A stretch of 64,000 nt of DNA. Origin: an uncultured Candidatus Saccharibacteria bacterium (GTDB taxonomy: Bacteria > Patescibacteriota > Minisyncoccia > Phycocordibacterales > UBA12088). A program made the position numbers and the translations under genes. Below, piece after piece: positions 29,170-38,435 of this stretch (its first letter is position 1; each line of letters begins with the position of its first letter). Under the pieces are notes generated by a model that did not search any database, was not told where the DNA came from, and saw nothing but the letters and a program-made list of their open reading frames with translations. The DNA lies in assembly GCA_964411375.1 (NCBI GenBank), contig CAYPKR010000002.1, positions 64,894 to 128,893 of the forward strand, read 5' to 3'.

Positions 29170-31359
29170 TTAGGGATTTGAAACCGCGCGAAGCATGAAT
29201 TCTATACGATCAGCAAGAATGGAGTGTCCGGTTGCGTTTGGATGGAGAAGATCGCTGGAGAGAAATGGATTTCCGAGTATTCCTTCGAGCGCGTTTGGTA
29301 CATATGCGGACTGTGTATTTCTCGCGGCGTCTTTGTAATGATCATTAAGCGAAGGATCGAGGATTCCACCACCGAGTCCAACCATCAGAACAACCGCGCC
29401 TCTTGCTTGAATGCGAGTAGCGATTGTTTGGAGATTAGCGAATGTCTGCTCACTGGTGAGCGCTGGAGTGGTGACGTTTGCACCAGCACGCACAAGCGCC
29501 GCGCGGATTTGATTGGCAAACGCATTATCGCGAATCGCAATCGCTCGATCATACATTCGACGGAGTTCGTCATTGCCACCGAGGAATACGATGACGACTT
29601 TTGGATTTTTTGAGAGCACATCTGTATCGAGCCGCGCGAGCGCTTGCGCAGTGTTATTTCCCGATACGCCAGCGTTGATGATCGGTTTGCCCAGGCGATT
29701 CGAAAGCAGGGTTACATAATTTTGAGATTGCGGCACGCCGACCCCTGATGTCAGACTGTCGCCGAACGCAATAATATTTTGTCCGCTTGATGGGTAATTT
29801 TTGACTGGCCACTGATTGCCGCCCGGCGGAGTTCCTCCGCCAGTACCTCCGGTAGTGCCACCCGTTGTCCCACCAGTAGTGGTTCCTCCGGTCGTCGTGC
29901 CGCCAGTAGTAGTACCGCCTGTCGTTCCTCCCGAACCACCGATAGAAATTGCGCCTGAAATCGCTGACCTTGTGTAGCCATTATTTTTGAAATAACGGAC
30001 ATCGTATGTGCCAGGCGCCATTCCAGTGAACGTAATTGTTCCGCTTTGCGCAGCACCCGTGTACTGCCAGGTAATAAACGAATGATCGTCCGCTCCTTGT
30101 GTATAGATTCCGATCCAATCTTGCGAGAGGTTAGCGCCGCTCGGTGCGCTCCATGTCGCGGTGACAACGTTGCCGCTTGCAGTTGCAGAAATTGTATACC
30201 CGCCCGTTCCGCCTCCGGTTGTGCCACCAGTAGTAGTTCCTCCCGTTGTGTTTCCGCCAGTTGTCGACCCTGTTGTTCCACCTGTGTTTCCTCCGGTGGT
30301 TGTGCCGCCCGTGGTGCTGCCGCCAGTTCCAGGAGTGAATGTATTGCTTGCCGTTGCAGCGCGAACGTATCCATTATCTTTGAACATCCGAGCTTCATAG
30401 GTACCAGCCGGAAGATTCATATCAGAGAAACTCACCGTCCCCGATGTACCGGAAGCAGGAATATATTTCCATTCAACAAAAGAATGGTCATCAGACATTC
30501 CCTGATTGTAGATGCCGATCCAATCTTGGCTTCCCCGTCCTGACGGCGCAGTCCACGAAACAAGTGGCGTTGCTGATTGTCCTGAATTGGTAAAACTCAA
30601 AGAATATCCTCCTGTTCCTCCACCGGAGGTACCACCTGTAGTCGTACCACCAGTTGTTGTTCCGCCGCTGGTGCCACCGCTCGAAATGGTAATTGGGTTG
30701 GAGACAGCAACACGCGTGTAGCCATTATTCTTAAAGTAACGAAGATCGTAGGTGCCAGGCGCCATTCCCGTGAATGATACGGATCCGCTTGGTACTCCAC
30801 CGGTGTATTGCCATGAAATAAATGAATGATCATCACCTTGATTGTTGGTATATATACCAACCCAATCTTGCGAAAGATTACCGCTTGTCGGAGCATTCCA
30901 CGACGCGGTCACAACTCCTCCATTCGCACTTCCAGAAACGGTATATGCCCCCCCGCCAGTGGTCGTGCCACCTGTGGTGGTACCGGTCGTTGTTCCGCCG
31001 GTTGTGCCGCCAGAAGCTCCGACCGTAAATGAGGTTGAAACTCGGATCGTGTGAAAACCGCTAGTCAGATGCCGTATTTCGTATGTCCCTGGTGGAATAT
31101 TAGAAAATGTAAGCGTGCCACTCGTGTTTGTTGGATACTGGAATGCAACGTATCCGTAATTGCTTGCATTCACCGGATAAATGCCGATCCACTCGCTATT
31201 GATCCCTGCTGCCGCCTGCCCCGAATAGGTGACAGTGACGGTAGAGCCTTGCACTGACGCAGAAAGACCCGCGGTTTGCGCGAAAAGATGGGATACAGCA
31301 AACAATGAGCCGACAAAGGTGACGCCAAGCAGGAAGACAACCGTATGGATATGTTTCAT
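29170..31359 (-). CDS. Secreted protein: four DWIGIY beta-sandwich repeats, Gly/Thr linkers and an SGNH/GDSL hydrolase domain
   Basis: Signal peptide; four [DE]W[IV]GIY...GTY[DE].R repeats; GGTTT linkers; FGDSLT, NAGVSG, GGND, DLLHPN. Confidence 0.88.
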   Translation of the reverse strand: MKHIHTVVFLLGVTFVGSLFAVSHLFAQTAGLSASVQGSTVTVTYSGQAAAGINSEWIGIYPVNASNYGYVAFQYPTNTSGTLTFSNIPPGTYEIRHLTSGFHTIRVSTSFTVGASGGTTGGTTTGTTTGGTTTGGGAYTVSGSANGGVVTASWNAPTSGNLSQDWVGIYTNNQGDDHSFISWQYTGGVPSGSVSFTGMAPGTYDLRYFKNNGYTRVAVSNPITISSGGTSGGTTTGGTTTGGTSGGGTGGYSLSFTNSGQSATPLVSWTAPSGRGSQDWIGIYNQGMSDDHSFVEWKYIPASGTSGTVSFSDMNLPAGTYEARMFKDNGYVRAATASNTFTPGTGGSTTGGTTTGGNTGGTTGSTTGGNTTGGTTTGGTTGGGTGGYTISATASGNVVTATWSAPSGANLSQDWIGIYTQGADDHSFITWQYTGAAQSGTITFTGMAPGTYDVRYFKNNGYTRSAISGAISIGGSGGTTGGTTTGGTTTGGTTTGGTTGGTTGGTGGGTPPGGNQWPVKNYPSSGQNIIAFGDSLTSGVGVPQSQNYVTLLSNRLGKPIINAGVSGNNTAQALARLDTDVLSKNPKVVIVFLGGNDELRRMYDRAIAIRDNAFANQIRAALVRAGANVTTPALTSEQTFANLQTIATRIQARGAVVLMVGLGGGILDPSLNDHYKDAARNTQSAYVPNALEGILGNPFLSSDLLHPNATGHSILADRIEFMLRAVSNP

Positions 31360-31420
31360 CCCGGTAGTCTACGCGAATCAAAATTAAAAACAAATGAAGG
31401 AGAATTTGGGCTGATTTTTT

Positions 31421-31617
31421 GGGTCACAGATAATTTTATGCAATAAAATTATCTGTGACCCCGCCTAGGGAAGTTCGATCCTTACAACATCAGTTCAGGT
31501 TGTATGATCTTTTCTTCTTTCAGTCGAAAAGCTCGACAACCTTTCGATTCCCGGACGAAAAGTCCCCCGGACTTTTCTTAGGGTCACAGTTTTTCACTGC
31601 GTTCAAATCTGTGACCC
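31421..31617. repeat. Alternating inverted copies of the tRNA-Glu 3' end
   Basis: GGGTCACAG at 31421(+), 31453(-), 31581(+), 31609(-). Confidence 0.75.
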
Positions 31618-31683
31618 TACCGGGAATCGAACCCGGCTTTAAAGCTTGAGAAGCTTTCGTCCTAACCGATAGACGATAGGGCC
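31612..31683 (-). tRNA. tRNA-Glu (anticodon CTC); CCA not encoded
   Basis: GGCCCTATCGTCTATCGGTTAGGACGAAAGCTTCTCAAGCTTTAAAGCCGGGTTCGATTCCCGGTAGGGTCA folds as a canonical cloverleaf. Confidence 0.96.
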
Positions 31684-31762
31684 AAATGTAGGCTGAAAAT
31701 ACCACAGATATTCCCTTTTAAAAAGCTGCGCCCGCGAGAGGCGGGCATTCAGCATCTCTAGG

Positions 31763-33055
31763 TTAGCGTCTCTGCCACTCCGCTTCTTGTCGCACTAAGA
31801 GTTCTTCTTTTCGTTCGGGCTCGTTCATTATTTGTTCAACACAACGCTCCATACGAACTGATTGCGAACCTTTTATAAAAATGACATCTCCTTCTTCCAT
31901 GAGTTGCTCGATAAACACGCCCGCATCTTCTGCCGTGCGGCATTCAAAAATCGATTTCTTTTTCATTTTTGCTGCCGCGGCACCAAGTGCAGTGAAATGT
32001 GCGCGTACGCCAACAGTCACCAAAATGTCGGCAATTTCCGCAAGCTCCTTCCCTGCTTGTTTGTGCGCTTCGATTGAATAATTACCAAGCTCAAGCATGT
32101 CACCAAACGCAACGATAGTGCGGCGATGAGTGGAAAGATTTTTGAATGCGGAAACTGCTTCTTCTACCGCAACCGGCGAAGAATTGTACGTGTCATCAAT
32201 AATGATTGTTCCCTTTTCTCCTTTCAAAAGACGCATGCGACCTTTCGGTGGAGTATGCGTGAGAAACGCTTCTCGTGAATCCGAAAGTGATACGCCGTGT
32301 TCAAACGCGACTGCAGCACCGGCAATCAAAGGATATGCATGCGTTTTTCCAATTACCTTGGGGAGCGTGATGTGTTCAGATTCTCCGTGGGAAGATATCG
32401 CAAATGAAATGCCAGATGTTTCAGGGTCATCGGTCAGCATATTTTCAAATCCAGAACCTTGCACATCGGCGCCATCATCAAATCCATATCGCACCACCTT
32501 GCCATGCCATGCGCTCGCGCGCTTCGTGATTTCTGGATCATCACTGTTTATAAATAGTGTGCCGTCCATCGAAAGTGCACTCACGATCGAATAATCTTCG
32601 TCATTCACGTCTTCGGGGGAATCAAAAAATTCGACATGCACGGGAAGATCAGGAAAACGCGTCAACAAAACCGCATCGAGCGAAAGCCATTTTGAAAACC
32701 ATTTGATATCACCCGGATGATCACTACCTACTTCAAGCACCAACCATTCCGGATATTTTTCGTGGATGAAAATAAGTAGAAGTCCACCGACAATATTTTT
32801 TACCCAGAGAAATGGATTGCTCCATGCATTTGGTCTACCAATAATCGTAAGCGGTACGCCAAATTCGGTGTTCAAACTTTTCTCACTTTTTCGGACGAAA
32901 TATTTTTTGGAAAGCGCGGTATAGATTGCGTCCTTTGTAGAGGTCTTCCCCACACTGCCAGATACTGCAATAATCTTCGGCTTATATCGCCGAAGAATAT
33001 ATTTCGCTTCTGTCATCAAAATCCAAATGAGAACTGCTTTGAACAACGCTTTCAT
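31763..33055 (-). CDS. murF: UDP-MurNAc-tripeptide--D-Ala-D-Ala ligase
   Basis: GSVGKTSTK, LNTEFGVP, DDTYNSSP, GDMLELG, KGSQ. Confidence 0.93.
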   Translation of the reverse strand: MKALFKAVLIWILMTEAKYILRRYKPKIIAVSGSVGKTSTKDAIYTALSKKYFVRKSEKSLNTEFGVPLTIIGRPNAWSNPFLWVKNIVGGLLLIFIHEKYPEWLVLEVGSDHPGDIKWFSKWLSLDAVLLTRFPDLPVHVEFFDSPEDVNDEDYSIVSALSMDGTLFINSDDPEITKRASAWHGKVVRYGFDDGADVQGSGFENMLTDDPETSGISFAISSHGESEHITLPKVIGKTHAYPLIAGAAVAFEHGVSLSDSREAFLTHTPPKGRMRLLKGEKGTIIIDDTYNSSPVAVEEAVSAFKNLSTHRRTIVAFGDMLELGNYSIEAHKQAGKELAEIADILVTVGVRAHFTALGAAAAKMKKKSIFECRTAEDAGVFIEQLMEEGDVIFIKGSQSVRMERCVEQIMNEPERKEELLVRQEAEWQRR

Positions 33056-33182
33056 TTACAAATTATTCTAGCATTACTTCACTCGCGATCACCCATTACT
33101 ATAGACAAAAGATGTGTACATATAGAAAAAATGATGGTATGGTTTTCGGCGGACTGTATCACAGTCAAAGAGGAGAAAGACG

Positions 33183-34409
33183 TTGAGAAGACATCTTTGG
33201 TCCATTCGGTATCACGTGCTTGCCGCGATCGCGTTGATTGCAGCTTCGCTACTACCCAGTATCTCGATAGCGGCAACGCCGCCAGATATCATCGTTTTTC
33301 TGGTCGACGACCTCGGGAGGAGTTCATTCAACAAACTACCCGATTCGGCGACAAGAAATGTCGATGAGATCGCGAGGCAAGGTGTCAGCTTCAAGTGGGC
33401 GTATGCAGAACAAGAATGCGTGCCCGCCCGCACCGATCTCATGAGCGGCCTATATCACGCTCGCTTCGGCATACAAGGAAACGGTCCGCAACCTCCGGGT
33501 TCGATGGTCACGATTGCGGAGAAGTTGAAGCTTCTCGGCTATCACACTGCGATGGTCGGAAAATGGCATCTCGGATTTTCTGCTTCTCAACAACCGGGAG
33601 CGCAGGGCTTCGACGAAGCGTTAGTCTACATAGGCGCAACGCCCGGCTACACAATCACCACGCAGGTTAAAAATGCGGCAGGTTATGACGTTCGACTCTA
33701 TCGCCAGATCGGAAATACGTCTCCCAAAGTCGTAAACGTCACTCCGCTTTTGGGGCAATTGACTACTACCGTACTTGGCGATGAAGCCGTACGGATCGTG
33801 TCCGATAGAACCCGTACTACACCTCTGTTTCTCTACATGCCATGGACAGGAGTGCATGATCCGCTTCAGGGGACGTTGACTGCTCGATTCACAGAGGTCG
33901 ACCAACAGATCGGACGAATTATCGCGGCTGCACGACCTGGAACATTGTTTATCGTTCTCGGCGACAACGGACGCGGAAACGAAAGTCCACTTCGTGGCAA
34001 GAAATACCAAATCTATGAGGGCGGCGTCGGCACCTTTGCATTCGCTCGCTTCGATGGACACGTGGTTCCCGGCAGCATCGTCACTACGCCAGTTTCAATC
34101 GTCGACATTCCCGCCACAATCTACGCGGCGGCAACTGGTGGGGCGGTACTTCCCGGAACCGACGGATTTAATTGGTTCGGCCTTCCTGCCGACCGTGCAA
34201 TCCTCTTCGACGCGCCGAAACCGAGTCCGGGTCTCGGCGTTCGCCAAGGCGACTACAAGTACTATGCCGACCTCGATGGGAAGGCACAGCAACTCTATAA
34301 CCTTTCAATCGATCCGAACGAGACCACCAACATTGCAGGCGCCAATCCAGGCATCGTGGCAAAGATGGAAGCGCTTCTGGAGACCTACCGCAGGAATGTG
34401 CTTCCTTGA
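33183..34409 (+). CDS. Secreted Cys-type sulfatase
   Basis: Signal peptide, LVDDLG, CVPAR (CxPxR), GKWHLG, GDNG, YEGG, LYNL..DP.E; TTG start with GAGGAG SD. Confidence 0.9.
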   Translation: MRRHLWSIRYHVLAAIALIAASLLPSISIAATPPDIIVFLVDDLGRSSFNKLPDSATRNVDEIARQGVSFKWAYAEQECVPARTDLMSGLYHARFGIQGNGPQPPGSMVTIAEKLKLLGYHTAMVGKWHLGFSASQQPGAQGFDEALVYIGATPGYTITTQVKNAAGYDVRLYRQIGNTSPKVVNVTPLLGQLTTTVLGDEAVRIVSDRTRTTPLFLYMPWTGVHDPLQGTLTARFTEVDQQIGRIIAAARPGTLFIVLGDNGRGNESPLRGKKYQIYEGGVGTFAFARFDGHVVPGSIVTTPVSIVDIPATIYAAATGGAVLPGTDGFNWFGLPADRAILFDAPKPSPGLGVRQGDYKYYADLDGKAQQLYNLSIDPNETTNIAGANPGIVAKMEALLETYRRNVLP

Positions 34410-34461
34410 AGTAACGTTTCAAAGTTTGCTCGCCGATTAATTTCGGCAACACAAGTAATTT

Positions 34462-34496
34462 GCCCGGTCGACGCAGTCGACCGGGCTTTATTTTTT
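34462..34496. terminator. Terminator between the sulfatase gene and ftsI
   Basis: GCCCGGTCGAC-gca-GTCGACCGGGC followed by a T-rich tract. Confidence 0.75.
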
Positions 34497-34519
34497 AAAT
34501 TGATAATTAAGAAAATATT

Positions 34520-36235
34520 TTATCTATCCGGTGGGACGTTGTAGTAATTGATGAGGAAATCGGTCATGTCCATAAATGGTTCGGTCAAAGTGTGAGATGC
34601 ATATTCGACGCCTTTCGGATAGACGATGTAGAGGAAAATAATAAATTTTGGATCGTACGCCGGGAAGTAGCCAAAGAATGAATGGAGATACCGGTCGTCG
34701 TAGTAGCCGCCTGGGCGCGCGATCTGCGCGGTTCCTGTTTTTGCTGCAATTGAATAATGCTCGTGTTTGTACTGACCATTCAAAAGCGATTTGTCGACGA
34801 CTTGCACAAGCATTCGAGTAATCGTCTCCGATGTTTTTTTACTGATCGCTGGACCGTCTGCTGGATACGCTAGCGTCTTGGAGAGTCCAGTCGTGTAATC
34901 GATTTCTTTTACCAAATGCGGAATCGGTAGTGTTCCTCCGTTTCCAAGCGAAGAAAGTGCACGAACGGTCTGCACGGGAGTGAGCGCAATTCCTTGACCG
35001 AATGATGCAGTCGCATATTCAACGGCACGCGGACTTTCGAGATTGGTAACCTGTCCCGATGCTTCGCCCGGAAGATCAATGCCGGTATCTTTGCCAAGCC
35101 CATATCCTTGCATATAATTGGCAAATTTTTGTCGTCCCATTTTATTTACGACGAATGCAACGCCGGTATTGAGCGACTGGTTCAATACTTCCTGCATTGG
35201 AATCGTGCCGCGTCCTTTTTTGTCGAAGTTTGAGATGGTATATCCGTCGAGTTCAATATGACCGGCGTCAAAGTAGGTGGTTTCTGGCGTAACGGCACCT
35301 GCATCGATTCCTGCTGCCATCGTGAGCGGTTTTATAATCGAGCCCATTTCATAGGAATACTCAACAAGCGGTTCAGTGTAGAGATGCGGGTCTTTGACTT
35401 CGTTGAATTTATTGAGATCAAATGACGGATAGACGCCGAGCGCATAAATCGATCCGTCCTTTGGATTCATGATGATCCCGCCCGTCAGCGTTGGATGATA
35501 TTTCTCATCAAGCGCTTTTAATTGTGATTGCAGATATTGCTCAACCGACGGCTCAATCGTCGTCACCACATCCCCTTCTTCGCGCTTGCCGCTATCAAAC
35601 ACTGCGCTGCCGATGGTTGAAAATACCTGCGCAAAGAAATTTACATCGACTGATGCACTGTCACGAGTTAAGACGTCGTTATAATAGCGCTCGAGTCCAG
35701 TAACACCAGTCTGTGTTTTGCTGTCTCCTTTGAATCCGACAAAGCCGATTTCTTGCGCCGCAAGCGATGCACCTGGATAGAAACGCCAGCGTTCCCGATA
35801 GATATTGATTCCCGGAATTTTTAGTCCGTCGATTTTTAGTGCAGTGTCTTCTGGGACACGATTCGCAATTTCTTCATACGGATCATCTTTTTTGGAGGCG
35901 TGCTGAATAAATTCATCGTGAGAAATTGCCGGATAGATTGCAGCAATTTTTTTATAAATACCTTCTTCGTCTTCGATGAGTTTTGGATCGATCGCGATAG
36001 TGAAGCCAGTCGCGAGTGTGGCGGCAGAAACATGTTCACCGTCTTTAGTCGTAAAGAAAATACTACCGCGATCATAGAGGTCTTGATTCGGGCGCACGTA
36101 CTGGCGATTACCCCGTTCGCTATACACGCTCCCATGGACAACCTGTACGAAATACAGCCGCGCCACCAACACACACGCAAAAAGCACGATGACGATCGCG
36201 ATTAACCTTATGCGGACTGTGAAGGTTGCCCGCAT
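34520..36235 (-). CDS. ftsI: Class B penicillin-binding protein (FtsI/PBP3-like)
   Basis: TM, GSIIK, SLN, KTGTAQ; position after mraZ-rsmH-ftsL. Confidence 0.9.
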   Translation of the reverse strand: MRATFTVRIRLIAIVIVLFACVLVARLYFVQVVHGSVYSERGNRQYVRPNQDLYDRGSIFFTTKDGEHVSAATLATGFTIAIDPKLIEDEEGIYKKIAAIYPAISHDEFIQHASKKDDPYEEIANRVPEDTALKIDGLKIPGINIYRERWRFYPGASLAAQEIGFVGFKGDSKTQTGVTGLERYYNDVLTRDSASVDVNFFAQVFSTIGSAVFDSGKREEGDVVTTIEPSVEQYLQSQLKALDEKYHPTLTGGIIMNPKDGSIYALGVYPSFDLNKFNEVKDPHLYTEPLVEYSYEMGSIIKPLTMAAGIDAGAVTPETTYFDAGHIELDGYTISNFDKKGRGTIPMQEVLNQSLNTGVAFVVNKMGRQKFANYMQGYGLGKDTGIDLPGEASGQVTNLESPRAVEYATASFGQGIALTPVQTVRALSSLGNGGTLPIPHLVKEIDYTTGLSKTLAYPADGPAISKKTSETITRMLVQVVDKSLLNGQYKHEHYSIAAKTGTAQIARPGGYYDDRYLHSFFGYFPAYDPKFIIFLYIVYPKGVEYASHTLTEPFMDMTDFLINYYNVPPDR

Positions 36236-36241
36236 ATTTTG

Positions 36242-36559
36242 TTAGTGGGCGTTTCCGTTATATGAGAGCGATCCTCTCGTGACGTATTCCTTTTTTGAAA
36301 CAGGCGTAAAACCTGCCCCGACTGCGTTTGCAAGGTCAAGCGATTCCTTTGCTTTCAAATATTCTGATTCGAGTGTTGCGACTCGACTGTGTGTGAGTGC
36401 CGCTTGGTGCTCAAGCTCTTCACGAAGCACTACATTCATTATTGAAACGCTAATTCCATATATATAGACAATCACAGAGAGGACAAGCACGAAGACGAGC
36501 GACCAGAATATACGGCGCTCAAACCCAAAAAGTCGTATGCGGTATGCGAGTGGTTTCAT
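36242..36559 (-). CDS. FtsL-like cell division protein
   Basis: Single TM plus coiled coil, at the canonical position between rsmH and ftsI. Confidence 0.65.
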   Translation of the reverse strand: MKPLAYRIRLFGFERRIFWSLVFVLVLSVIVYIYGISVSIMNVVLREELEHQAALTHSRVATLESEYLKAKESLDLANAVGAGFTPVSKKEYVTRGSLSYNGNAH

Positions 36560-36609
36560 GGACCTAAGGAACTTAAAAGAACTAAAAATGGGTACTCTGA
36601 TCTACTTCG

Positions 36610-37503
36610 TCAATTTTTTTGAAAGACTCGAAGTTTTGCGCTTCTTGATGCAGGATTTTCAGAAATCTCGCGTTCACTTGGAGTAATCGGCTTCTTGGTG
36701 ATTACTTTTCCGTGACCTTCCTGCTCTGCCTGGCGAAAATTAGTCTTTACGATCCGATCCTCGATTGAGTGGAAACTAATGATTGCGATTCGGCCTTGGG
36801 GAGCAAGAAGTTCAATCGCTTTCGATATGGTCTCTTGAAGCGCACCGAGTTCGTCATTTACCGCGATACGAAGCGCTTGAAAGGACTTCGTAGCAGGGTT
36901 GGTGCGTTTTTTCTGATACCACAGTGGAACTGATTCTTCGATAATCCGAACCAAATCTCCTGTCGTCTTAAGCGGGTGAACTTCCCTAGTCTGTACAATT
37001 GCGCGTGCGATTCTTCGTGAGAATTGCTCCTCACCGTATCCGAAAAGAATGTTTGCGATCGTTTCTTCGCTCCAGTCATTGAGGATGATCGAGGCAGTCA
37101 CATCTCCTTCAGTAGGATTTGGATCATAGGTCATCTGGAGCGGTTCGTCTCTTTGAAAAGAGAATCCGCGTCCACCTTCATCAATCTGATTTCTACTCCA
37201 TCCAAGGTCGAGGAGTATTTTGTTCGGAGCGCTGATGCGGAGTCTCTGGATCACCGCATCAAAGTTCCGAAAATTGTCATGAATCAGATTGACGGTCGCT
37301 TTTGCACTTGCTAATCGCTGTTTCGCTTTTTCAAGAGCATCTGAATCGAGATCAAATCCGATCAAGGTTCCCTTTTTTCCAAGCGCAGTAGCGATTGCTT
37401 CGCTGTGTCCCCCGCCGTTTACGGTGCCGTCTATGACGACATCGCCCGAGTCGATATGCAAGCTATCAATTGTTTCCTGTAAAAGAACCGTGTAATGGGA
37501 CAT
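36610..37503 (-). CDS. rsmH: 16S rRNA m4C1402 methyltransferase
   Basis: HYTVLL.E, DGTVNGGGHS, FQALRIAVNDEL, SFHSIEDR, SRSAKLR. Confidence 0.97.
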   Translation of the reverse strand: MSHYTVLLQETIDSLHIDSGDVVIDGTVNGGGHSEAIATALGKKGTLIGFDLDSDALEKAKQRLASAKATVNLIHDNFRNFDAVIQRLRISAPNKILLDLGWSRNQIDEGGRGFSFQRDEPLQMTYDPNPTEGDVTASIILNDWSEETIANILFGYGEEQFSRRIARAIVQTREVHPLKTTGDLVRIIEESVPLWYQKKRTNPATKSFQALRIAVNDELGALQETISKAIELLAPQGRIAIISFHSIEDRIVKTNFRQAEQEGHGKVITKKPITPSEREISENPASRSAKLRVFQKN

Positions 37504-37506
37504 AGG

Positions 37507-37941
37507 CTATATGACCCCAATTTCGCCAAGCTTCTCTGCCATCGAGTCTGCTTGTTTCTCAATCCGCTTTTTGTAATCCTCCCAGTTGTTTGCATCCCAC
37601 ACTTCAACCCGACTTTCGACGCCCGCTAGGACGACTTTGTCGACGAGGGATGCAAACTCCTTGAGGAAATCCGGAATGAGCATTCGACCGACTGAATCGA
37701 TTTCAACTTCAACGGCTCCGGAGAACAGGAACCGGCTGAAGCCTCGAGTATCGGCTTGGCCCATGGGAAGGTTTCTGATTTTATCGGCAACAATTTTCCA
37801 TTCCTTGGTCGAATATACAAAGAGACAAGTGTCGAGTCCGCGAGTGATGACCACACTCCGTCCAAGTTCCTTCCGGAATTTAACCGGAAGCGACAAACGT
37901 TTCTTTGGATCCAAGGTGTGGACGTATTCGCCGATTAGCAT
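37507..37941 (-). CDS. mraZ: Division/cell wall cluster repressor MraZ
   Basis: LDPKKRLSLP, RGLDTCL, IDSVGRMLIP. Confidence 0.96.
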   Translation of the reverse strand: MLIGEYVHTLDPKKRLSLPVKFRKELGRSVVITRGLDTCLFVYSTKEWKIVADKIRNLPMGQADTRGFSRFLFSGAVEVEIDSVGRMLIPDFLKEFASLVDKVVLAGVESRVEVWDANNWEDYKKRIEKQADSMAEKLGEIGVI

Positions 37942-37949
37942 CAGAACAA

Positions 37950-38019
37950 TTTACCACTCCTTCCCACCTGAATACAAGTGTATAACACTTCATCCCACTA
38001 CCCTACACTGTTATCCACA
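37950..38019 (-). promoter_or_regulatory. mraZ upstream region with GTGG-type repeats and a perfect DnaA box
   Basis: Minus-strand GTG(G/T) repeats at 10-nt spacing (GTGGGAAGGAGTGGT; GTGTAGGGTAGTGGGATGAAGTGT); TTATCCACA at 38011-38019. Confidence 0.65.
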
Positions 38020-38076
38020 GAAACTGTCTGGGGAAAATGGCGATTGACGCACGTTGTGGGGCGTGTTATCTTCTCT

Positions 38077-38378
38077 AAGTTCTTTTTGCGGAGGGTCGAT
38101 ATGACCTGGCACTAGCTAGGAATCAGAGGATCAACCCAAACCAAGCCTCGAAGGAGGGCTATATATGGTTCTGCTCTGGCGGTAAGTGCGTAGCCGCAGT
38201 AGCGCACAAACAAAATCGCCTGCCCTGCAGGTAAAACACCGCTTTCCAAGAAAGATCCATAATTGCTCGCTGCAATGTCAGTGCGTGCAGGAACGCACAA
38301 ACAGATACACCTGCATCCTCATCGGCAGTAGAAACTTCACCAGGGGGGTCCGTCAGCTAACAGCTGACGGACTTTTAA
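38077..38378 (+). ncRNA. Candidate structured RNA of about 300 nt with a duplicated hairpin module
   Basis: TTGACG, 17 nt, TGnTATCTT promoter; terminator 38348-38376; no credible ORF. Confidence 0.5.
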
Positions 38379-38435
38379 TTTGAGGTATTTTTGACGAGAT
38401 TTGACAGATTTGGAGATATGATTTATGGTTCAAAA

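Noticed and set aside
29820-31010. Short tandem repeats suggesting CRISPR or VNTR
   Set aside because: They encode Gly/Thr linkers; no constant repeat-spacer pattern and no cas genes.
38350-38361. CCGTCAGCTAAC, resembling part of the c-di-AMP (ydaO) riboswitch consensus
   Set aside because: It is one arm and loop of a terminator hairpin, and other ydaO elements are absent from this unit.
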